50,451 bases of DNA. Origin: Promethearchaeota archaeon (GTDB lineage: Archaea; Asgardarchaeota; Lokiarchaeia; Sigyniarchaeales; SOKP01). The notes beneath the pieces are model-generated. The model had not been told where the DNA came from. It ran no database searches and saw nothing but the letters and a program-made list of their open reading frames with translations. The stretch spans positions 1 to 50,451 of the forward strand of contig JAHLWP010000033.1 of the NCBI GenBank assembly GCA_019057865.1, in the 5' to 3' direction. Below are positions 9,977 through 19,969 of this stretch, piece after piece (position 1 is the stretch's first letter; every line of letters begins with the position of its first letter). The translations under genes were made by a program, and so were the position numbers.

Positions 9977-11386
9977 TTGATTATGGATGACTTTTTATTT
10001 GTTTTAGGAAGGAATTGGCAATTATCATTAGCGGAACTTGATAATTGTCTCAAAAACTCAGAATTTAAAGGTAGGATAAAAGATTATTCTGCGAATATTG
10101 CAATAGTAGAATTTGATAGTCTGATTAGAGATAAATATTATGTAAATAAATTAATGGAACTTCAATTTATGTTAGGTGGTTGCCAAAAAATTGGCAAAAT
10201 CTATGAATTTATCAATATTCACACGATTTTCAATGCCTTTCCATTTAAAATAGAAAAATTCAAAGAGGTAGATAAAACCAGATTTAAAATATTAAATGTC
10301 ATGGAAAAAGTTCTTAATGAGATATTTCCAAAAATTCAGAATAAGAATCTTTTTTATGCGGTCTCAATTTACCCAAATCTTTTTGATGATGATTATTATT
10401 CAAAAATTTTGGTGAAACATTTTTTACCTTTCTTAAATAAAAAAATAATGGAGCTTTTGAAACAAAAAGGCGCACAAAAGGCACTATATTATCAATACCC
10501 TGAAAAAAATATAAAATCAGGGAATCTAAATCCAATATTCCCTCATATTGTAATTAAATATGGTTTACTAAACGAAGATAGAGCAGAAATAATTTTTGGG
10601 TTTACTGAAGAAGGATTATATATTGCAAGAACTTTTACAACTGATGACCCCAATTTTAAGAAAAAAATTGATGAAGAAAGACCTTTTAAAGAGTTTAAAA
10701 GTAGCATATCCCCAAAATTAGCACTTATGATGTTAAACTTTTTGAACTTATTTGAAAAGCGAGAAAAGAAAAATATTCTAGACCCATTTGTTGGCAATGG
10801 GACTATTCTGTTGTTTGCCTTAATACAGGATTTTCAAATATATGGTTCTGATAATGATCCTCAAAAAGTAGAAAACACAATCCGAAATATTAATTGGTTA
10901 TTAGAAGAATTAGAAGAACCTTTTCCTCTGCTATTAGATGACAGAATTACGAGAATAGATGCCGAGAATTTATCTGAAGATTTTAAACCTAACTTTTTTG
11001 ATGGTATCTGTACTGAACCTACATTAGGTCCTTATTATCATAAACAACCTTATTATAATCAAGTAAAAGAATTAATCCAATCTGAGTTAGAGCCGTTATA
11101 TAATGCAATTTTTAGAGAAACATATAAAATATTAAAGCCTAACAGAAGAATCTGCATTGTAGCACCAATTTTTAGCACTATAGATGGAGGAGATACTCAA
11201 ATAAATATCAATAAAATTGCTATAAATAATAAATTTAAATCGATATCAATGATAGATGCTAATAGAATAATTAATAAATCAAATCAAAAATTACAGTTTC
11301 GGAAGCAGAATATTAAGAATTTAATTGATGCTAAAAAAGATCAAGTTATTAAAAGAAAAATTTATGTATTTGAAAAGAAATTGTAA
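9977..11386 (+). CDS. TRM11-family SAM-dependent RNA (guanine-N2) methyltransferase
   Basis: N-terminal FVLGRNWQLSLAEL, SPKLALMM, ILDPFVGNGTIL, GSD and ICTEPTLG motifs. Confidence 0.7.
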   Translation: MIMDDFLFVLGRNWQLSLAELDNCLKNSEFKGRIKDYSANIAIVEFDSLIRDKYYVNKLMELQFMLGGCQKIGKIYEFINIHTIFNAFPFKIEKFKEVDKTRFKILNVMEKVLNEIFPKIQNKNLFYAVSIYPNLFDDDYYSKILVKHFLPFLNKKIMELLKQKGAQKALYYQYPEKNIKSGNLNPIFPHIVIKYGLLNEDRAEIIFGFTEEGLYIARTFTTDDPNFKKKIDEERPFKEFKSSISPKLALMMLNFLNLFEKREKKNILDPFVGNGTILLFALIQDFQIYGSDNDPQKVENTIRNINWLLEELEEPFPLLLDDRITRIDAENLSEDFKPNFFDGICTEPTLGPYYHKQPYYNQVKELIQSELEPLYNAIFRETYKILKPNRRICIVAPIFSTIDGGDTQININKIAINNKFKSISMIDANRIINKSNQKLQFRKQNIKNLIDAKKDQVIKRKIYVFEKKL

Positions 11387-11415
11387 TAGGAATATTAATA
11401 CATATGAAATAACTT

Positions 11416-12099
11416 ATGAAATTTTCAGAAATCTTAGATAAAATTGATGTTGTCCTAGAAGGAGAAGCGCATTTAGATGAGTTAGCAAGAGAAAGACAAG
11501 ATCCCTTTAAAATTTTGATTTCAACAATACTCTCCGCCAGAACTAGAGATGCCAACACTAGGGAAGCAACCCAAACGTTATTTGCTAAACATAATACTCC
11601 AGAGCGGATCTCTAGTGCAAACGTTGAACAGTTAGAAAAATTAATTTATAAATCTGGTTTCTATAAGGTTAAGGCTGCTAGAATAAAAGAAGTATCTCAA
11701 GTTTTATTAGAAAAATACAATGGAAAAGTTCCTAATAACTTTAATGAATTAATGAGCCTTCCCGGAGTTGGTGCGAAAACTGCTAATTGTGTATTAGTAT
11801 ATGCTTATAAAATTCCTGCAATACCTGTTGATACACATGTACATAGAATTAGTAATCGGATAGGATGGGTTAATACCAAGAATCCAGGAAAAACAGAAGA
11901 TGCTTTAAGAGATCTTATTCCTAGAGATCAATGGATCAGATTGAATCGGATCTTCGTTAAATTTGGTCAGGAAATTTGTTTACCTAATAACCCAAAACAT
12001 GAAATCTGCCCAATAGAAGATATATGCCCTAAAGACTTTTCAATGGAATTAGCATTAAAGAAAAAAAAAGAAAAAAAAAATACAAAAAGTGTTAAGTAG
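11416..12099 (+). CDS. nth: Endonuclease III (HhH-GPD DNA glycosylase/AP lyase)
   Basis: LISTILSART, LPGVGAKTAN and VDTHVHRI motifs; Fe-S motif variant C-X6-H-X2-C-X5-C. Confidence 0.92.
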   Translation: MKFSEILDKIDVVLEGEAHLDELARERQDPFKILISTILSARTRDANTREATQTLFAKHNTPERISSANVEQLEKLIYKSGFYKVKAARIKEVSQVLLEKYNGKVPNNFNELMSLPGVGAKTANCVLVYAYKIPAIPVDTHVHRISNRIGWVNTKNPGKTEDALRDLIPRDQWIRLNRIFVKFGQEICLPNNPKHEICPIEDICPKDFSMELALKKKKEKKNTKSVK

Positions 12100-12192
12100 A
12101 ATGGAAAAAAAGTATGATTCTTATTGTGGGTTATATTGCGGTGCTTGTGCAATCTTCCTTTCAAATGAGAAGAGTGAAGCTATTTCTTTTTG

Positions 12193-12774
12193 TTAATAAT
12201 GTTCTAAATCTTTATCTTTCTGCTTAAAAATATATCCAAGAAATACACCTCCTAATAATCCAAATAAGTGAGCCCATAAATTAATATCTGGTGCTAAAGA
12301 AGAGGCGATAAAAAATAAGACATAAAGAAGTGCAAGAAAAAGAAGAGACCTATCCTCTGTCACCATCAAAACAAGGACAGCCCCTATAAGCCCAAAAATT
12401 GCTCCTGAGGCTCCTAAACTTATGCTATCTAAAGGCAACAAAATTAAAGAAAAGAGATTTCCAATTAATCCTGAAAGAAAATAGATAAATATATATTCAA
12501 TTTTCGAATAAACTCGACTATTCTCAATTGTTGCACCGAATAATAGTAGGCCGATCATATTTGAGAATAAATGAATAATATCTATATGGAGAAATATTGG
12601 TGTGAAAATTCTCCAAATTTCGTGGTCTTCAATGATATTTCTGTTTATTTGAACAAGGAGAATAAAATCCTCCGTTAGAACTAGGTTGAAAGTGATATAG
12701 CAAAAAACATTAATAAAAATTAGAAGTATTGTAATCTTAGCGTCCTTTAAGGACTCTGCATCTAAGAAAATCAT
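12193..12774 (-). CDS. Rhomboid intramembrane serine protease
   Basis: WRIFTPIFLH, HLFSNM, GASGAIFG (catalytic Ser) and WAHLFG (catalytic His). Confidence 0.92.
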   Translation of the reverse strand: MIFLDAESLKDAKITILLIFINVFCYITFNLVLTEDFILLVQINRNIIEDHEIWRIFTPIFLHIDIIHLFSNMIGLLLFGATIENSRVYSKIEYIFIYFLSGLIGNLFSLILLPLDSISLGASGAIFGLIGAVLVLMVTEDRSLLFLALLYVLFFIASSLAPDINLWAHLFGLLGGVFLGYIFKQKDKDLEHY

Positions 12775-12860
12775 GATTATGATGTTATATATAAAATCTT
12801 AAAAATAATTATAACAAAATATAATAATTTATATTGACATTATATTTTTAGTATTAAAAG

Positions 12861-14063
12861 TTGATTAATTTGGACAAAAGCGTAAAAATAAATGAAAAAA
12901 AAAGAAGGTTATTGGATTCTTTAGTTAAGAATGAGATTCTAAGAGATAAGAGACTCTATAAAGCTTTTTTAGAAGTTCCCCTAGAAAAATTCATTCCAAA
13001 GAAATTCATACGATATGCTAAACTTTATTACGATGTTCCAAATGTTTTTTATTACGATGAGAGTAATCCAAAAAGTTATAGAACAATTTCAGCTCCCCAT
13101 ATGATTTCCATCATGCTTCAAGGTTTAACATTGGGGCCTTCTGATGATCTATTGATATTAGGGGCTAAAAGTGGATATATTTCTGCTCTCGCACACAAAT
13201 TAGCACCTAAAGGTGAAATTATTGTACTTGAAGCAAATTCAGATATAGCAAAAGTTACTTCTGAAAACTTAGAAAGATTGAAATTAGATAGTAACATAAC
13301 AGTAATAGTAAAAAATCCACTTCATGGCATGCCCGAATTAAGCCCATGGCAGAAAATCTTAGTAACTGGAGCAATAAAACAATCAAGAATACATCCCTTA
13401 TTAAAACAACTCGATCCTAATGATGGCGTCTTATATGCACCAATTGGAGAAGATTTTGTTCAATTCTATACTCAAATCTTAAGGATTAATGAAGAATTCT
13501 TTGGAAAAAGACAACTTCAGGTAAGATTTACCCCTTTAGTAACTCAATTAGAATTGAATGAATTAGAATTAATAACTGATTTTGACGAATTGGAAATTAA
13601 AGAAGATCATTCCAAAATTGATCTAACTGAAAGAATAGAAGTAAAATACGCTTCAAAAATTTTTGAGGAAGTACAATTACAACCAGAGCCCGAAGTTAAA
13701 CCAGTTGATATTAAACAGCGCGATAATGTAATATCTCATTTAGAAGATATAGAAAAAAATATTAAGAACTTAAAAAGAGAGGGAAACATAGAAAAATGCT
13801 TTAGTTGTGTTGAAGATATCGAATCGAACTTGGAAATTCTTAAAAAAGATAAAAAAATTTTTGAAATAAAACTAAAAAAAATGCAAAATATGTTGAATCA
13901 GATAAGTTCATATAATATTGTAAGAAAAGATTTAGAAGAACGAGAAATAACTGATTCATCTGTTATAGATAAAAAAGTTGAAATTATAAACAAACAAATT
14001 GAAGAAATTAATAACCTATATGAAATATTGAGAGAAGAAATTGAGAGAATTAGATCTCTTTAG
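12861..14063 (+). CDS. Protein-L-isoaspartate O-methyltransferase-like protein with C-terminal coiled coil
   Basis: TISAPHM, degenerate motif I LLILGAKSGY, ILVTGA, APIG and VRFTPL; about 150-aa heptad-rich tail. Confidence 0.75.
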   Translation: MINLDKSVKINEKKRRLLDSLVKNEILRDKRLYKAFLEVPLEKFIPKKFIRYAKLYYDVPNVFYYDESNPKSYRTISAPHMISIMLQGLTLGPSDDLLILGAKSGYISALAHKLAPKGEIIVLEANSDIAKVTSENLERLKLDSNITVIVKNPLHGMPELSPWQKILVTGAIKQSRIHPLLKQLDPNDGVLYAPIGEDFVQFYTQILRINEEFFGKRQLQVRFTPLVTQLELNELELITDFDELEIKEDHSKIDLTERIEVKYASKIFEEVQLQPEPEVKPVDIKQRDNVISHLEDIEKNIKNLKREGNIEKCFSCVEDIESNLEILKKDKKIFEIKLKKMQNMLNQISSYNIVRKDLEEREITDSSVIDKKVEIINKQIEEINNLYEILREEIERIRSL

Positions 14064-14151
14064 ATTTTTTCTATGTTAATTTATTTTTAATACTTTCAAC
14101 CATTTTCAAAATATTTTATCCATTATTTAAAAGTAATAAAACAGAAAATTT

Positions 14152-14664
14152 TTAATCCTTTAAAAATACTAAAACAGCTTTCATAAATTCTGGTAAGTCA
14201 TCAGGCATTCTTGATGTTATCAAATTATTATCGATTACAACAGGGAAATCTTCAAATTTAGCACCTGCATTTACCATATCATCTTTTATTGCAAAATAAC
14301 TTGTAGCTCTTCTATCTTTAACAATTTTCGCAGAAATTAAAACCCAGCCTGCATGACAGATACTTCCAATTAATTTTTTCGTCTCATTGATTCTAGCTAC
14401 AAAATTCAAAACATCCTTATCTCTTCTCAAATAATCGGGATTTTTTGTACCACCAGGTATTATTACTCCATCATAATCGTCTGGATTTACCTCCCTTATT
14501 AGTTTATCAGGTTTAATTGGATATCCATATTTTCCTTTTATTTCTCTTCTATGTAAACTAATCAATTCCGTTTCGTAGCCAGCTTCATTTAATCGAATAC
14601 GAGGATAATGCAATTCTAAATCTTCATACCCATCAGTGGCTAAAATTGCTATTTTCTTTACCAT
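14152..14664 (-). CDS. pfpI: PfpI/DJ-1 family protease/deglycase
   Basis: GYEDLELHYP, IIPGG, SICHAG (nucleophile Cys) and ITSRMPDDLP. Confidence 0.9.
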   Translation of the reverse strand: MVKKIAILATDGYEDLELHYPRIRLNEAGYETELISLHRREIKGKYGYPIKPDKLIREVNPDDYDGVIIPGGTKNPDYLRRDKDVLNFVARINETKKLIGSICHAGWVLISAKIVKDRRATSYFAIKDDMVNAGAKFEDFPVVIDNNLITSRMPDDLPEFMKAVLVFLKD

Positions 14665-14828
14665 TTTCCAATACCTCCTTGATTTATTTTAAAATTTTTT
14701 TATTACTTCAATTTTATACTACAGAGGATTTCCTTTTTTATTTTATAGGTTATAAATTATTATCATTACAGTTCTTTAATCCAATAAAACATAAGTCCAA
14801 CAGAAGAATAGAATACTAATTAAAAGGA

Positions 14829-15467
14829 CTAATTAACGTTTAAAAAGCCTACATATGCTATTACAAGCGCTATAATTATTAAAAGAAGATTCATAGGAGT
14901 TGGAATAATTCGATTTGGTGTTTTCCTTTTATAGTTTTCATAAATTTTGCCAAACTTTGGAATCAAGATTAAATTTTCTTCAAGCATAGCATTTATTTCT
15001 AATATAATTAAAATTAAAAGACTTATTAATAAAGAAATAAATGAATCTGAGATTATGGCAGCTCCTATAAAAATAATACCCCATGCTGAATATATAGGAT
15101 GTCTTATTAATTTAAAAATTCCATGAGTAATTAATTTAGAGCTAGTTTCATCTAATGATTTAACCTTATATATTTTTCTTGCTCTTTTGGCAAAATTTAT
15201 ACCTATAATAATGAGTGTAATGCCAAATAATGCGAAAAAGATCCAATACTGCTGAAAGTAACTAAAATTATTAGGGAACCACAATTTTAAAAAGCTTGAA
15301 TTAATAATGGGTATTGGTACTATAGATAATGTCCATATTAGAGGAAATAATTTATAAAATACTTTAACTGATTTTCTTTCTTTATCCTTTACTTTTAGAA
15401 ATAAGATCCAATAAAGGATAAGGTTGAAGATGAAAATTATTAGTAAAATAATCGTTATTAGTAGCAT
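14829..15467 (-). CDS. ICMT/PEMT-family integral membrane methyltransferase
   Basis: Multiple TM helices; LITHGIFKLIRHPIY, EE..L..KFG..YENYK...RIIP. Confidence 0.8.
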   Translation of the reverse strand: MLLITIILLIIFIFNLILYWILFLKVKDKERKSVKVFYKLFPLIWTLSIVPIPIINSSFLKLWFPNNFSYFQQYWIFFALFGITLIIIGINFAKRARKIYKVKSLDETSSKLITHGIFKLIRHPIYSAWGIIFIGAAIISDSFISLLISLLILIILEINAMLEENLILIPKFGKIYENYKRKTPNRIIPTPMNLLLIIIALVIAYVGFLNVN

Positions 15468-15541
15468 AATGTTAATTAATGCAAAATTAAATTTATTTTA
15501 ATGAATATCCATTCTGTTTTATAATTTCTGATATTGGTATA

Positions 15542-15962
15542 TCAATATTTCCCATATTTTTTAGCAGCACTCTGAAAGATTCTCAAATTTTTCAGTGGAA
15601 TTTCTTTAAAAATTACAGTACTAGGACCTATGATGAAATGCCGATTTTCTTGTAAAGCGTTCATTAATCCTTTTACATGATCAACAATTTGTTCTTTAGT
15701 ACCATAAGGAAGTATATAGCTGACATCCCCAAAGCCAATAACGACAAAATCAGGAAAATTTTCATTAATAAAATATGGGTCTGCACCGCCTTCCCAACCT
15801 TGTAGACCTTGATTTTCCCTTATAGTTATTTGTCAACTCATCCTTATGTTGGTTAATAAACTCCTCTCTTATATATTGGACATGTGTGGGGACTCTATCT
15901 AATTTATTTCTTTCTGAATCATTATACACCGCGAGATAACGTGTACGAGCATTCATAATCAT
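15542..15962 (-). pseudogene. Internally deleted uroporphyrinogen decarboxylase / MtaA-CmuA family gene
   Basis: N-terminal MNARTRYLAVY...LDRVP is joined near 15812, in a different frame, to QGLQGWEGGADP...GDVSYILPYGTKEQIVDHVK...FIIGPS...EIPLKNL...KKYGKY-stop (TGA at 15542-15544). Confidence 0.8.
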
Positions 15963-16003
15963 GAAATCAGTGAAAATAAAATAAAGAATTTAAATAAAAA
16001 AAA

Positions 16004-18139
16004 TTAACTATACTTATTTCTAAAATCTTCAAGTTTAGCTAAAATCTCATCTCTAAGAGTTCCAACAATCACTTTTTCATGAGATTTTAATTCTTTAACA
16101 AATTGCATAAATTGATGAAGAACTGGTCCAGAAGGAAAATTATCTCTCATCTCTTCTATAAAATTACTAAGATCATTCCCCGTGACAGCCTGATCAAGCT
16201 TTCTAAAGATCTTTGAGAATAACTCATAAATTTGCGCTCTTTTTTCTTTACTTAAGGTAGTTACGGCACCAGATACGATTTGACGGGGACTTAAAGCCTC
16301 TTCAGGAAACTCGTTTGTTGATACAGATGCTTTTCTGCCTTGAACAATGACTTGAGGTTCATATCTAGGATAATCACCTGAACCAGAACAATTATAATTG
16401 ATTATAATTGACTCATTTCCTTTTAATTCAGGAATTTTTACCTGCAATTCTGATTCCTCACCTATCTTAACAATTTCATGAATAGCACCTTCAGGAGGAG
16501 TGAAATCAGCTAAACTAAAACCCATCGGAATTTTATTTTTAACCATAATATTTTCTAATTCTACACTTCCTTTATTTTGAATTCGTACATTTATACTGAA
16601 TTCTCCTGCAGTCATTCCTGGTTTTATACTTTTTAAAGTTTTGAGCTTTCTTTTTACATATTTGACCTTAATATTTGGAGTTTCAAATGGAGAAATTATA
16701 AATGGTTTTCCAGGAATTGGTGAATTTACAATTATTGTAATTGGAGTATTATATGCAGTTTCTGGTTTTGGATTTTTTGCTAAAAGAGCATAATTTACTG
16801 TTATTTTTGCTTCTGGCGGTAATTTACTTTCTAAATTGAATAATTCTATATGAATTCTATGATCTTTATCAGGCTCTAAATCATCTGGATCAATTTCAAA
16901 TTTTCGTGTAAATTTTTGTCTAGAACTAATATCTACAGCTTTAGAAGCACTAAATAATTTGATAGTAATACTTTTTAGTTCAGGAGGGATAAAATCCTTA
17001 GGGATCTCATCTGTAATAGTGATAGTATTAATGTTTGCTGTTCCATTATTAACAATTGTATTTTGTATTGTCATATATGTGTTAGCATAAGCATCAACCT
17101 CTGGAGGATTAAGTGTTTTATCTATTGTTGCGGTTAATACGGGATAGATAGTAGATTCTTTATTAATTTCACCAATTACTCTTGTAATTACTAAATATAA
17201 AGGAGTAAATTCTATTGATGAACTTAGTTCTGGAACATTTTGATTTTCAACTTGGAAATCAAAACTCCAAGATTGGTCAGGATTTAAAAGTTTATCAGGA
17301 GTTTGAGAGACCACAGTTTCAGCTCCGGTCGTAATTCTGTGAGACACTTTTACATCTTCAAGTCGTACTTGAAATTCAGATTCATTAATGAATTCTACAT
17401 TGCAATCCCATATTCCTGGTTGTGATCCTTCATCTCTATCTATTCCGCTCATAGAATCAGTAAGACCTCTCACTTCAGGATTAATCATTGTTAATTTATA
17501 GTTGTTTATTAAATAACTTACATTTAAAGCTCCTAAAGATTGTACGTTTGTTTCTTGTACATTAACTTTACAAAGTATATCTAATTCAGCACGAGATTTA
17601 CCTTCTAAAGAAACTATCTCCCAAGATAAATATCTCTTTTCTCCTTCTTCTTTAATGTTAACAGTTCCTAAATTTGGAGGGGGAATTTCAATATCTTGAA
17701 GTATAGTAGGCATTTCTCGATTCAGTTTTATATCTAAGATGGGTAAATCTAAAGGATTGCTAAGTGTTAGTCTTAATTTACATTTATTTTCCCTTAGATA
17801 AAGAAATGCATTATTAACTTTATCAGATATTGATGTTTCTGTATCAAAAATTTCGTTTATTATTAAATTTGGTTGTTTAAGATTTTGTATTTCGTATTCT
17901 TGTATGAGTTCCTGTGTAGGATTTAGAGTTCCTATGTCTAATTCTCTAGATTTGATAGAAGTATTTACAGTTTCCTTTAAGTCGCAAGAAAGATTCCATA
18001 ATCTACTTTTTTGTGATGGATTCTTTAAAACTAATTTTCCATTACCTTTTATTTCTTTTTGCTTTAATGAACCATCTAAAAGTATTTTTTCATTCTCAGT
18101 AATGTCTATTACAATTAAATCACTCATAATTTTGCTCAA
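16004..18139 (-). CDS. Large beta-sandwich-rich protein without signal peptide (DUF11/Ig-like repeats; possible mu-homology domain) with helical C-terminus
   Basis: 711-aa ORF; repeated strand-N-x-G...I-x-D-x-IP and W-x-I-x-x-L patterns. Confidence 0.6.
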   Translation of the reverse strand: MSKIMSDLIVIDITENEKILLDGSLKQKEIKGNGKLVLKNPSQKSRLWNLSCDLKETVNTSIKSRELDIGTLNPTQELIQEYEIQNLKQPNLIINEIFDTETSISDKVNNAFLYLRENKCKLRLTLSNPLDLPILDIKLNREMPTILQDIEIPPPNLGTVNIKEEGEKRYLSWEIVSLEGKSRAELDILCKVNVQETNVQSLGALNVSYLINNYKLTMINPEVRGLTDSMSGIDRDEGSQPGIWDCNVEFINESEFQVRLEDVKVSHRITTGAETVVSQTPDKLLNPDQSWSFDFQVENQNVPELSSSIEFTPLYLVITRVIGEINKESTIYPVLTATIDKTLNPPEVDAYANTYMTIQNTIVNNGTANINTITITDEIPKDFIPPELKSITIKLFSASKAVDISSRQKFTRKFEIDPDDLEPDKDHRIHIELFNLESKLPPEAKITVNYALLAKNPKPETAYNTPITIIVNSPIPGKPFIISPFETPNIKVKYVKRKLKTLKSIKPGMTAGEFSINVRIQNKGSVELENIMVKNKIPMGFSLADFTPPEGAIHEIVKIGEESELQVKIPELKGNESIIINYNCSGSGDYPRYEPQVIVQGRKASVSTNEFPEEALSPRQIVSGAVTTLSKEKRAQIYELFSKIFRKLDQAVTGNDLSNFIEEMRDNFPSGPVLHQFMQFVKELKSHEKVIVGTLRDEILAKLEDFRNKYS

Positions 18140-18310
18140 CTATATGATCTTTTTAAAAAATTATATAATATCAAAATTATATTAGGTAATAAAAAAATAA
18201 AGTTTTATTAATTTAAAATTAAGTAGATAAATTGCTAACTTATTAATACTTATAAAATAACAAAGTATCTAAAACAAGAAGAAATACTATTTAAGAGGGT
18301 ATCTAGTAGA

Positions 18311-19132
18311 GTGGTTAATGAATTATTTTGGAAAATTGTGAAAGAATTCAATTATTTAATGAAATCTGCAATTGAAGGGCCGTTGTGTGTTGATCCATCT
18401 ATCTGCCATGGAGATTGTTGTTCAATTAAAATTGATGTTCCTAAAGTCTTAGCTAAAGAATATATTAAACGGGGATATGCTACTAAGGAAGACTTTATAA
18501 GAAGTAATGTTTTTAGCTTCCACTTAAGATTTGATGAGGAAAAAGGGAAGTGTTTTTTGTTTGATAAAAAGATTAATGGGTGTAGTGTACATAATTCAGG
18601 AATAAAACCACCACAATGTTTTATCTATCCCACTAATTTTTCAAATCCAGAGTTTAAAGCTATTGACTGTAAAAAGGCAGGGGGTTGGAAAATAAAAGAT
18701 ACTATAAAAACCAAAGAAGCAGAAAGATTACTTGAAAAAATGGTATTTCTTTGTCAATTAGAAGCTAAACAGGAATTAAAAAAGATTGAAAAAAGAATGG
18801 GAAAAAATTCTGGAGAAAAATCCATAGAAAATTTAAAAAAACTGAAGGATTCTATTAGACAAGTTGCTCCTAGTCAATTAGCGGGATTTAAGGACAGTTG
18901 GGATTACTTTCTCCCACTCCATGCGGAAGGATTATCACTTCAAGTAAAAAGATTATGCAATAAACTTAATCCAAAATGTGAATATATGCCGGAGGATTAT
19001 TTTGAATGTAAATTTATATGTGATATAGTTGCAAATGGTCTTATTGATATTTTACATAATAATTTAATACCATTTGTTAAAGAATACGGTGTTAGTGAGG
19101 AAGGTAAATACCCGCTTTATAAAATGGTCTAA
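18311..19132 (+). CDS. YkgJ-family (CxxCxxCC-like) Cys-cluster Zn/Fe-S protein
   Basis: CVDPSICHGDCC, CFLFD...GCSVH...KPPQCFIYP. Confidence 0.75.
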   Translation: MVNELFWKIVKEFNYLMKSAIEGPLCVDPSICHGDCCSIKIDVPKVLAKEYIKRGYATKEDFIRSNVFSFHLRFDEEKGKCFLFDKKINGCSVHNSGIKPPQCFIYPTNFSNPEFKAIDCKKAGGWKIKDTIKTKEAERLLEKMVFLCQLEAKQELKKIEKRMGKNSGEKSIENLKKLKDSIRQVAPSQLAGFKDSWDYFLPLHAEGLSLQVKRLCNKLNPKCEYMPEDYFECKFICDIVANGLIDILHNNLIPFVKEYGVSEEGKYPLYKMV

Positions 19133-19204
19133 TAATAGAATAATAATGAGTATTTTTAGGCTTTAAATAATTTATAATATTCTTAATAATAATAATAAAA
19201 AATT

Positions 19205-19726
19205 TTGAGCAAAAATTCAATGAGTTTTCCAGAATTTCGTGAAATGTTCTTCTGTCCTAAATGTGGGCAAATTGGAACTATATTTGTGTTAAAAATTAGT
19301 GGACAGAAAGTTATTGTAAAACAAAAATGTCCTAAACATGGAACTAGAGTATTCAAACTTCCAATAGTAGCTTTAGAGCAGGTAATTGATCTTATTCGTG
19401 ATGGAATATATCGATGTATGAGATGTGGACAAGAAGCTGTTGGAACTTGGATGAAAATGGATGGACCTTGGACTTTACATAAATGTACATGTCCGGCTCA
19501 TGGAAGACAATCACTCCAAAGAATCTGGAACACAGTTTTTAACCGAATCTCCGCCAAACCTGTGGCACCCCCACAATATGTGTCCCCTTCACCAGTACAG
19601 ACTTCTATTCCTAAATCTATACCACAACCTACATCAACTGGCGAGAAAAAGTTTTGTTATGGGTGTGGATCGAAAATACAAGAAGGAGAAAAAATTTGTA
19701 CAACTTGTGGTCGCGAATTAGAATAG
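19205..19726 (+). CDS. Multi-zinc-ribbon protein: two CxxC...CPxHG units plus C-terminal double Zn ribbon
   Basis: CPKC...KCPKHG, CMRC...TCPAHG, Pro-rich linker, FCYGCG...CTTCG. Confidence 0.75.
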   Translation: MSKNSMSFPEFREMFFCPKCGQIGTIFVLKISGQKVIVKQKCPKHGTRVFKLPIVALEQVIDLIRDGIYRCMRCGQEAVGTWMKMDGPWTLHKCTCPAHGRQSLQRIWNTVFNRISAKPVAPPQYVSPSPVQTSIPKSIPQPTSTGEKKFCYGCGSKIQEGEKICTTCGRELE

Positions 19727-19969
19727 AATTATTTTATTTTAAAATTTATACAAGAAAATCTTTATTCATAAATATTTAAATTTATTGAGATCATAGCTAA
19801 ATAAAAATAAGATTAGATTTGTGACTTTTTGGTATTAGAATTTAATTAAACAATCTTCAATCTAGTTGGTGTATATTCTCTCGATAATACATATTTTTAA
19901 GTAAAATACAGATAGTTATTGAAGTAATATTTTAATGATACTTTAAAAGTTTTTTAAAAGTTAAAAATA

